From positions 1 through 43,369 of the IMG/VR virus record IMGVR_UViG_3300038406_000132: a stretch of 43,369 nt of DNA; one strand, given 5' to 3'. The DNA is from a virus. Taxonomy: Duplodnaviria; Caudoviricetes. The notes below the pieces were generated by a model, which ran no database searches, was not told the DNA's origin, and saw only the letters and a list, made by a program, of their open reading frames with translations. Both the position numbers and the translations under genes were made by a program. This document shows positions 7,069 through 17,200 of this stretch, piece by piece (position 1 is the first letter of the stretch; each line of letters begins with the position of its first letter).

Positions 7069-7971
7069 ATGAAGATTACCACAGCCGTCGCCCGTCTGGC
7101 AATCGGGCTGTGCGGTCTCGTCGTCGGCACGTATTGTGCCTTGTCGGCGTTCAGAAACGGCCAAAGCCTTGCTCCGGGTATCGACGGCGATATGTTCGGC
7201 GCTGCGTTCGCAGCCGTCGTGATCGGATCTTGGTTCATCCTGCCACTGTCGCGCAATCCGCTCGCGCGCGCCGGGTGGCTCCTGTGCACCGGATTTGTGC
7301 TTGCCAACGCTATCGGCTACACAGCCTCGCATAGAACGACTACAGTCGGTGAGAAGCAGAATACCATTGCCGCCTACACTACCGCTCAGCAGGGCCTTGA
7401 GCAGGCCACAGAGCGCCTTACAGCCATGAAGGGCAATCGCCGGTGGGAAAGCACCAAGGGCTGTACGGACGTGACTGCGGAGCAATCCATTACGTTTTGT
7501 AACGACTTCAGCGAAACTCAGGCGAAGGCCGACAAACTTCAGGCCATCGTCCTCGCAGGGCGACCTGCAACACCCGACGCCCAGGCAGACACCATCGGAT
7601 GGGTGATCCAAGCCGACACCGCGACAGTCAGTAAGGCTCTCCCCATATTCATGGCCGTCGTACTCGATATCGCCGCCACGCTGTTCATGTATCTGGCGCT
7701 GGTGAGCAAGGCAACTCCTGCAATATCTGCAGTGGTTTCGCCTGTCGCAACGCCGAAAACCAAATCGGCCAAGGCCAAGAACCCAACTGCTCGAAAAGAT
7801 CGAGTAGTTCAGAAGCGGAAGCAAAAGCAAACCGCCAATGCGGTGGCGAAACTCAAGACCATCGCCACCAACCCGGCCTCGTTCAAGCCGCCATTCCGAG
7901 TGAGGAAGAACGGCAACCCTGATCGAAGATTCAAGGGAGCGAAAGCCGCAAATGATTTCGTCAAGGCTTGA
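7069..7971 (+). CDS. multi-pass membrane protein with coiled coil and basic tail (300 aa)
   Basis: AAGGA SD; about 3 N-terminal TMs, a helical segment with a Cys pair, a further TM and a Lys/Arg-rich tail. Confidence 0.75.
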   Translation: MKITTAVARLAIGLCGLVVGTYCALSAFRNGQSLAPGIDGDMFGAAFAAVVIGSWFILPLSRNPLARAGWLLCTGFVLANAIGYTASHRTTTVGEKQNTIAAYTTAQQGLEQATERLTAMKGNRRWESTKGCTDVTAEQSITFCNDFSETQAKADKLQAIVLAGRPATPDAQADTIGWVIQADTATVSKALPIFMAVVLDIAATLFMYLALVSKATPAISAVVSPVATPKTKSAKAKNPTARKDRVVQKRKQKQTANAVAKLKTIATNPASFKPPFRVRKNGNPDRRFKGAKAANDFVKA

Positions 7972-7976
7972 ATTCT

Positions 7977-8008
7977 AAACCCCGTCAGGTAATCTGGCGG
8001 GGTTTTTT
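7977..8008 (+). terminator. intrinsic terminator
   Basis: AAACCCCGTCAG-GTAAT-CTGGCGGGGTTT followed by TTT, directly after stop 7971. Confidence 0.8.
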
Positions 8009-8027
8009 CCAACTTCTGGAGGCCATC

Positions 8028-8213
8028 GTGTTCAAAGATGACAAGAAATATAACCACGATGGCGGATGGTCATACCCGAAGCCGACACATCCAGACGAAC
8101 CCGCATGGCAATATGAGATGCGGGTTAAGGATTTCGCATCTCAATTGAAAGCCAACGTTTACCTTGCGGTCATCCTCGGTGGTTTCGTCGTTTGGCTACT
8201 GATGTGGAATTAG
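8028..8213 (+). CDS. small membrane protein (61 aa)
   Basis: GGAGG SD before GTG 8028; C-terminal TM VYLAVILGGFVVWLLMW; 4-nt convergent overlap with the giant ORF. Confidence 0.6.
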   Translation: MFKDDKKYNHDGGWSYPKPTHPDEPAWQYEMRVKDFASQLKANVYLAVILGGFVVWLLMWN

Positions 8214-11200
8214 TCCACAAACTCGGCGATTGGCGATAGCAACCCCCCACCTTCGCGCAGCTTGTCGGCAAGCTTCTTGATCTTCGACAGGTCCGTAACC
8301 GGCGGTTTGCCGTGGATGTCCCCGCCCTTGATGCTCTGCTCGATTGCCGAGATATTGTAGCGGGCGCGCTCGCGGCGGCGGTTGATCAATGATCTGGCTT
8401 TCGCCTTGAAATTTGACGCCGTCACCTTGTCCCGTTCCAGATCGAGCATCTGGCGTTCGGCGTAATACTCCACCATGAAGCGCATGGTGGCAAGCTGGCG
8501 CAGATCATAGATATCCTGCTGCTCCCGCGCCCAGGCTTCCGTCGTGACCTTGCCGTCATCGCGCGCCTTGTCGTTCGCCTTGATGTCCTTGCGGTATTTC
8601 GAAAGCAGTTTGTCGGATTTCTTGTAGATGGCGTAGAGGCGCTTTTCCAGTTCGAGATTCGGCAGGATGTCCTTTGCCGCCTGTGAGCCCTTTGCGGCGT
8701 CCCGGCGCACATCCTCGTAAGGCTTCATCTTCTCGTCGCGGATCGCGTAATAGTCGTTCGAGTAACCATAGCCAACTTCATCGGAGACAAACCGGCGGAT
8801 GATCGGTATGTCATTAAGGCGGATTGGCTCTTTCGTCACATACTGACGTTCGCCCATCGTGTAGAGCCGGGCGATCTCGTTGCCAAGCCCGCCGATGCCG
8901 AAGGTCCAGATATGCTTCAAGGTCTCCGGCGAGAAGTCGGTTTCGACGCCGAGCAGCTTGCCCTTGTGATACTCATCGCCGCCGCCGAGCCCGTTGACCC
9001 AGCGCGCCACCTGCTTGTAGACATCGGGCGTGGTGCGAAAGGACAAGTCGGTATCCGGCTCCGAAGGATCGAAGCTCATCGGGTAGACCGGTCCACCGTG
9101 AAACTTCGTATTGGTGTACATTTCCACGAACGGCTTGGCAATGGTCGGCGAGAACGCCGCGAGCGGGTTCGGATGCGCGCCGAGCGGATCGAAATGCCCG
9201 TGCGCGATCGAAACCATTTCCCCGAATGTCTTTCCGGCCGTGCGTTCTTCCTTCAGAAGATCGGTATTCTGATAGATGGCGTGCTCCATGAGCAGCCGGC
9301 CGAGATTGACGATTGCGCCGTAGCCATAGGGCATCGGCATCTTGAAGGCCACGGCATCGCGGCCGGACACGCCTTCCTTGCGTTCCGCGAACGGATTGAG
9401 GAACAGCCAGTTATTGGCGCGATCGTAATCCGAGGTCGTCTCGTAGATGTTCTTTTCTTCGTCGTCGCCGAGCGCCGCGCCGATCAGGACATTGTACAGC
9501 GCTGTCATCGCGCCGAGCCCGACAAGCGAGGCGAGAATGCCGTAGCGGCGTCCGGGCGTTGCGTCCTTGAACGCCTTCGACAATCTGTGCGATCCCTGAA
9601 TGGACGGGTTGGCGAACAGATACATGGCCAGCACCATCTTCGAGGCCGGGCTGTCCAGCCGTCCGCGGCGGTTGAAGTTTACGGTGATATTCTTGGCGAT
9701 CGAGGCGGCCTTTTCCTTCGACAGTCCTGATTCCAGCGCGATCTTGTATGCGGCCAGGCGCGTGGCGTTCTCGAAGATATTGTTGAAGCCGCCGACGACA
9801 TCCTTGAAGCCCTTCCACAGCGCATTAGCGCGGCGTTCTGGATTGAGCAGGCCAGCGCGCAGAAGGCGCACATCGCGGGCAAGCTGGGCCTGCTGGCGTT
9901 CCCAGTCTTTCAGGGAATAGAAGCCTGTCGCGCCGCCAGTCCTCCTCATCTCGCGGTAAAGGTCGGCCCATTGGCCCGTTCCCCGGCCGGTCTCGACGGC
10001 AATGATGGCTTTCATCCCGCGCACGGAATTGCTCATGACGCGGCGAAAAGCTTTCTTGTGGCCGGCCGCCATGAGGTTGATGCCGGCCGCCTGAAAGTCG
10101 CGTATGAAGTTGGGCAGGGCAAAGGACGGGTTCAGCGATGTCGCCATCATGGCGATCCAGCGATTGAACGCCCAAGCCGCCTTCATCAATCCCATGCCCT
10201 GCGTGATGCCGACGTTCATCATGGCGTCGCGCAACTCCGGCTTCAGGAACCGGATCGAACGGCGCTCGCCGTTCACCACTACCGACATGGTGTTCGGATC
10301 GAGGAAGGAGAGCGGATCGGACTGTTCCTTCACCATCTCCCTGAACTGCTTGGCGGTCTGCACCGGCGCATTGGCGACAAGCGCTGTCTGCATGCCGGTG
10401 CGCTTGTCGATGAAGCGCTTCATCTTCGGCGTGTCGATCAAGGCGACATCGGGCATCGGGTGCGCTTTCAGCATCTCGTAAAGCGATTGCGCGACACGAT
10501 TGCGCTCGCCTCGAACCAGCGTTTCGAGGTAATCCTGCACCGAGCGCGAGATCAGGTCATGAGCGCGGCTCTTGCGGCCCATCGCCCGGACCATATCCTT
10601 GTTGGTGACGGAGAAACCCTTCGGGACATTGACGTTCGCCGGCGTGCGTTCGGCATCGTGCTGGGGATCGCCCTTGAGCGGAACATAATCCTTGTAGGTC
10701 TTGCGCAGTGTGTCGGCTTCATCCTGCGTCATCAGGCCATAAACGACACGGGAATCAAGCTTGGCGTCGTTGATCGCATAGAGCATCTGTGCGATACGGT
10801 CGTAGTCCTTCGCCTTGCCGGAGTTCTGCACCGATTGCAGCACGATGCGCGCATCCGCCGTGGACATGCCGGAGCCGCCGTCCTGCATCTTGGGATTGAT
10901 CGAGGCGATCTGCTTGTTGCGTTCTTCTGCGTGCCGGGCGTAGAGGTAGACTTCAAGCTGTTCGAGATCGATGCCGCTTTCAGCGATCGCCTTCTTCAGC
11001 GGCTCGACATGGCTCTCCTCAAAATCCTCGATACGGGTTTGCAGGCGCGAGTGATACAGTTCTTCCCGCAAGTAGGGCTGCATGTCGTCGGGGAGATCGA
11101 CATTCTGTTCGCGCTTCTGCGCCTCCTGAAGCCGCCTGACGGGCAGGAAATTATCCTGCCATGTATTGCGGATGGACTGCAGCTGGCTGCCGAAGGCCCC

Positions 11201-14200
11201 CGCAGCGCGCTGGAAATAGCTTCTGGAGCGGTTGCGCATGTAGCGGCGGGATTCCGGTTCAAGCCCGGCATAGCCGTCGTAAAATTCCTCATAGGCGCGG
11301 CCAATGGCTGAGGTCGGATTGCGGCGGCCAGTGAGAGCGAAAGCTGCATCGGATAGGTTTGGACCGAATGCATCGTTGAAGAATGCATTAAGTCCATCTA
11401 GCGTTGGACGGTCAAATGCCTTGTGGGCGATGCTGTCTCCCGTTTCGGGATCAGAAACCTCAACATCCAAAGGTGCGCCACGGCGTGCTCGCAATAGAGC
11501 GCTGAGTTGACTGTGGGTTGGCCTTATAACGACATTGGCTACGCCTTGATTATCATATCGCATCGCGTGCGACTTCGACATGAAATCATACATATGCGGA
11601 GTTGTATTCTCAATGTAGTTATTGACGGGATACCCAGGCAACACCTCTGAGAGCACGCGGTGATCAATCCATCGTTTGCCTTGAACAAGATCCTCCGTAT
11701 AGGCTTCGCCGGTGCTTGTTTCACCTCGGCCGATTTGATGGCGGCCAGAGAAATCCAGCATACGGCCATTTGGAAGAATGTAACCCGCTTCGTCGGGATC
11801 ACGGGTTAGCCCGAAGGTATCAATAGCATGCTGGATTAATGCGCTATCTGGCTGACGTTCAGATTCCGTCTGCCCCTGCCTCGCAAACCGCGCCATAGCG
11901 CTATCCAGCGCTGCTTCAGCGTCTTCAACTGACAGCCCGGCGATCCGCGCAATGATGCGTTCACTCAGATCAGATCGGTTCTGCGCTTCCATGCGTTCCC
12001 GCGCGGCGTCACGCTGGCGGGCTTCCGGGCCTTTCGCAACAGTCTCGAACACCTGCTCATAGGCTTCGATCTTCTGCCCTTTGAGTGCGCGCATGATCCG
12101 GTTTATGAAGGCGTTGAGGCGCTGGAACAGGCGCTGCCATACGGTGGATGCTGGGCGCTTGCCTTTCCGCCATTCGGCGAATTCCCAAGCGACAGCTTCC
12201 TCATACATCTGATCGAGGGCTTGTTCCTCCGTCAGTTCACCGCGCTGGACAAGATCGTTGAAACGCTTGCCGTATTCGTCTGGAACGTTATGCTTTTGCA
12301 GCCAGTCGTTTCTGATCGCGGCGGCTTTCAGTGTTGACCATTCCGCATCGTTGATGATGTTCAGCGCGCGCACGGCGTGAATGACTTCATGATCGCCGAT
12401 GGCTTTGGGATCATTGGCTTTCAGCGCCACGAAGATCGAAGTCAGGCTCTTGATATATGCGCCTTCGACGCCCTGCGGCAAATCCTTGAACCTGATCTTG
12501 ACGCCCGGAGCCATCCGGTTGATTTCCGCTTCGACTTCGGCGAAGATCTTCTCACGGTTGTTCGCCGCTTCTGCTGTCAGGCGATAGCCATTTTTCCCGT
12601 TACCGATTGAAAGGGGCTGATCCTCTATAGCGTAGCTTATCCGGGGATCTCTCGGGTCGAAAGTTCCACGGTTGCCGATGGCGGATTTGATCTGGGTGGG
12701 ATCGAATGCAATCCAGCTATCTTTGGCCTCCGGTGCAACCTTAAGGAAATCAGCATCTGAGGTTTCGAATAGGTCATCTCTACCTAAAGACTTCGCCTTA
12801 TCGATACCTTCTCCACGATTCAAGTAAACGATTCCATCGAAACCGCGCTGCTTCAGAATATCAATAACATATGCCATAGCCTGATCTGGAGACATATCTT
12901 CATCGAGCGTCTTTTGAAGAATACTGCTCCGCTCAGTCCACGATATAGCGTTGGCCTCCATCAGCCCATGAACTATTCCCTCGGCATGGTGCATGCCGCC
13001 AGCATCGACGGCTCGAATTGGATTCGATATAGAAAGATACGCTGGATATACAGCGCCGCGCCCAGCTTCACCGAGAGACTGACCTCTTTCCGCAAAGTCT
13101 ATGATGTCGCCTGCTTGCTGCTTCGTTCCGAAGTGCGTGCCGGAATGGAAAACCTGAATATCCGCATCCGTCGCATGATAAACAACCAGCGGCCGCCCGC
13201 CTTCATCAACGACCTTGCTTTCTTTAAAAAAGTTCCTGAACTCAGGCGTCAGTATCTGAGGCGCAGGCTGGCCTCCACGCAGGGAGAACATCTGATCGAC
13301 AACGCCCTGCCGTTCTTCAGCAGATACAGACTCGCCGTTCTTTTTCGTGATCTTGACGAGGGAGTCGTCGAAAACGACATAGCTGTTGGATGTCCCGCGC
13401 GCGCCCGCCCTTGGGTCTGTCTCGGCGTAGCGTATGCCTGGTATTCCGGCGTCGAGCAGGAGGGTTGAACTGTCGCCTCTTCTATTCAACATCGCCAATG
13501 CTTCCCGAACATTCATCTTGGCAACATCGGGATTTGACGCATCAAGCCCCGCGCGTACCAGAGCGGACTTGATGCCGTCGGCTTGCTCTCCTATGGCAGC
13601 ATCATAATCCAGAAGCTCTTTCGGCTCGACATCCATCTCCACTGTGTAGAGCGTACCCGTACCCGTGACTTCGCCCGACTTTACAGCCCTGACCTTATCA
13701 AGATATTCCTGTGTGTCTGCACGGCCTCCCGAACGTTCCACTTGCTCAATGGCGATGCCTTCAAGATCATCCAGCGTCCGCCCATATGCATCCGTGCCAT
13801 CAAGCTTGGCGGCGGCCAGTTCCGCGATGTCTGCGTCGATAATGCTCTCACCATTCAGCGTGAGATTGCCCTGTCCACCTGCCATGCGGTATGTCCTGGC
13901 GAGGCTCTCACTATCAGAGAATGAAAACCCGCGGCCGAATGCCTGATCTCCGTCGCCAGTCCCCATTCTCGACATATCGAACCGGTCGAAATCATGCGGC
14001 GAGCCGTGGTAGCCGCGCAGGGCGAACATCGTGTCCGCATCTGTCGTCACCGGAAGCTCATCGATCCACTTCTTCGATCTGATCCCCGCTTCGAACCTGG
14101 GCAAATCAAGGTTCAGGCCATCGACAACATGAAGATCGATCTCGTTCGCCCCGTTCCGGATGGCGGCGGCAACTCTGTGATTGCCATCCAGCAGGAGGTA

Positions 14201-17200
14201 TTTGCCTCCGGCCCGGATTGCCCGGATGGCGCCGTCTTCCGTATCCGTGATATTGTTGGCGGCGTAGTCTTCGACGACGCTAGGATTTATGGCTTCCTGA
14301 GTCGAGATCAGTTCACCGATGCGAACCTTGCGCGGGGATGCCGGCAGTTCCAAAAGCCTGTCAATGACATCTTCGAATGCGGAGTTGCCTTCAGCTTCCT
14401 TTCCGAGCATTAAAATCGGTAGCGGATTGATGTCTTCGCCTTTAAGGTCTTCTGACGGTTCCGGGCGATAGGTCGGCGGGGATCTGTCAGGATCGCGCAG
14501 GGCAAACATCTGATCTGGAGAGTCAATACGCAAGTGAAACGATGGCGGGCCAAAGCGACCGTCTTCTGTCCAGCCTGCATTTCGGAAGAAGCTCGCAAAT
14601 TGATCAGTCAGGACATTTTCGACATAGACCGCCTGAATGCCGTTGCGCTTGGCTGTCTCGATAGCGGAGGCCAGAACGTCACGGAATGTGCCCTGTCCAC
14701 GCTTTGCGCGCGAGACTTCGATTGATGCGATGTCCAGCGTCGGGAGCACCTCATCCGTATTTGGATCGGGCCGTTCGCTTTTACGGACGTAAGCCTTGAA
14801 CCCGTCGCCATCGATCCATTCGTTCCGGAAATCGCCGTCGAGGAAACCTTGAAGCTGGGTTTCCCAATCCGATTTCCCGCGCGAGGAAAGCGCGAACATC
14901 GCATCACCATCCGCCGCCGCAATCTGCGCCTCGGCAGGCAAGCCCTCCCAGAGACCATCGATCTCCTGCGTCGCAGAGCCTTCCTCGCGGCGTTCCAGCA
15001 ACTGCCGGGGGCTGAGATACATTTCTTCTTCAGCCGACCACTGGTGCCATTTGACGGTCTCAGGATCGCGCTTCTTCCAGAACTTGTGGCCGGATTCGGT
15101 CAGCAGGCCGGAGGGCTGGAGTTTGACGCCGAAATGTTTCTCGACCTGATCATAGAGTTTTGCGCCGGAGCCGGGGGCCTCGACATCGTAGACGAAGCCG
15201 CGCCCGTTCGATGCCTGCCGGACATGCATGGTTGCAACCGGCTTGGCGGTCTTGCCGGAGCCTTCAGGATAGAGCGAGTATTTACGGCGCGCTAAGCCGC
15301 CTTCGACCGGCGAGAGGTCTTTGAACTCGCCGCGGAAGCCGGGGACTTCGAAGGCTTCGTTGCTCGGGGCTTGTGACGCATCCTTGCCTTGTAGCTTTCC
15401 ACGCGGTCCCACAGGTTCTGATACTGCGGATCGCCCGGCTGTGCCTTCGCCAGCAACGCCTCGATCTGCGCCAGATGGCTTTCGCGATTTTGCTGGACTT
15501 TTGTCGAGGACAGTCGTTTCGGCATCGGGTGCTCCTTCCGGTGCGACCTTAGCAGGTTTTCTTGTCAGGGCAAAACGGGTGTCCTTATCAGCTTTGACGC
15601 CAAGGTGCTGGCGAGCCATGCTGCGCGCATGCTGCGTAAACAGACGCGTCTTTGGACTATCGTCCAGCTTATCCAGTTTCGCCGCAGTTTCAACCGCCCC
15701 ATTGAGCGCGGTTACCGCGGCATCGCGATCGCCGGACTCATAGGCGCTGAGGATTTGCTTATAATCGCTGATGAGCCTGTCGAAGGTCGTGCGCGCTTCA
15801 CCAGTAAATCCGCTGGCGCGGCGTGTAGCCGCCGGGGCCTCGCCTTCGAAACCGCGGTTGACAAGCCCATCAAGTGATTGGGTGGACTCATCCCACGCGG
15901 CGCGGAAAAGGTTCTGCTCGTGGGTAAAGCTCCCGGCGTCTTTCTTGAGTGCAAATTTCGTGTCGCTCGCCGCCGGCGCAAACTCCTTGCGCTTATCCCC
16001 ATCCTTCAACCAGCCCTTGAACTCATCAACCGGCACGGTGTAGATTGAGCCTACGCGATCCGCCTTATCGGAATACGATCCGCGATAGGCTTTTTCCGCC
16101 GCCTCCTGATCTTTGAAACCGTACAGAATCTTGTGCTCGTCGAGCTTGCCGGTCTTCGGATCGATCTGGTTGACGACGGTCACTTCCTGCGATTTCAGGT
16201 CAGGCCCGAGGAAGATGTCTACGGCATCGCCGTCCTTGCCTTCTTCACCCTTGATATAGCCGTAATGCGCCTGTGCGGTGGCTGACCATTCCTTGCCGTC
16301 AGCATCCACGCCGCGGCGTTCCGCGCCTTTCGGGGTTTCGATCGCAACCTTGACGCCAAGCCCTTTTGGCGTCAGCTTGACACTGGCCTTCCGGTAGTTC
16401 CCCGCCTCTTTCTGCGCTTCGCTCGGCTCGGTATCGACCAGCGTTGCGACCTCATCCAGATCGCTTTCCGTCTCGGCGGGTGCAGGTTTCTTTGCCGTTG
16501 CTGTATCGTCATCGGGAAGCTCTTCGAAGATGTCCTCGTCTTCGGCTTCCTCGAATGCGGTTTCAGGTTCGGCCGCCGCTTCTTGCTCCGGTTCCGCTGC
16601 GGGGGCCTCGTCTTCGGGCGGCGGGGTTTTCTTCTTCGCCGCCTTCTTCTCGCCGCGCACTTCGCTGATTGCTGTCGATGTACCACGCGCGCCGCCACCG
16701 AGCAGCGTGCCGATCAGACCTTCTTCCGCCGCGGTTTCGCCGATCTTGCGTTCTGGATCGTAGAATTCCTTGGCGGTGATGTCGGATGCAACTGACTGGC
16801 CGAATTCCTGCGCGCCTTCTTCCGCCGCGCCGACCGCCGCCTGCGTGCCGACGTTCTTGACCTTCTGCGCCGCAGTGACGCCCTTCTTCATGGTCGAGGC
16901 GGCTTTCATCGTCGCCGTAACCGGCAGCGCTTCAGTCAGCCCGAGCGCAAATCCCGTCGCCGTCGCCTTGGCCCTGTCGGCTTCGGAGACATCCTTGCCT
17001 TCCTTCATCTTCTCGGTTGCAGCCTCGAAATGCTGCGAACCGCTTAGCGTACCGCCGAGCAAGAACGGAAACGACTGCGCAATGAGATGGAAGGCTTTCG
17101 GCCCAAGCCGGGTGATGGTCTGGATCGCACCCGTTCCGTAGAACGCCGTCAGCGATCCGACGCCGTGGGAGAGCTTCTGACCGAACTCGTCGGCGCGCGC

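Noticed and set aside
8912-11311. Long + strand ORFs (8912..9730, 9971..11311; likewise 17087..18211, 31097..31900, 36436..37140)
   Set aside because: Antisense shadows of real GC-rich minus-strand genes; no recognisable SD or motifs
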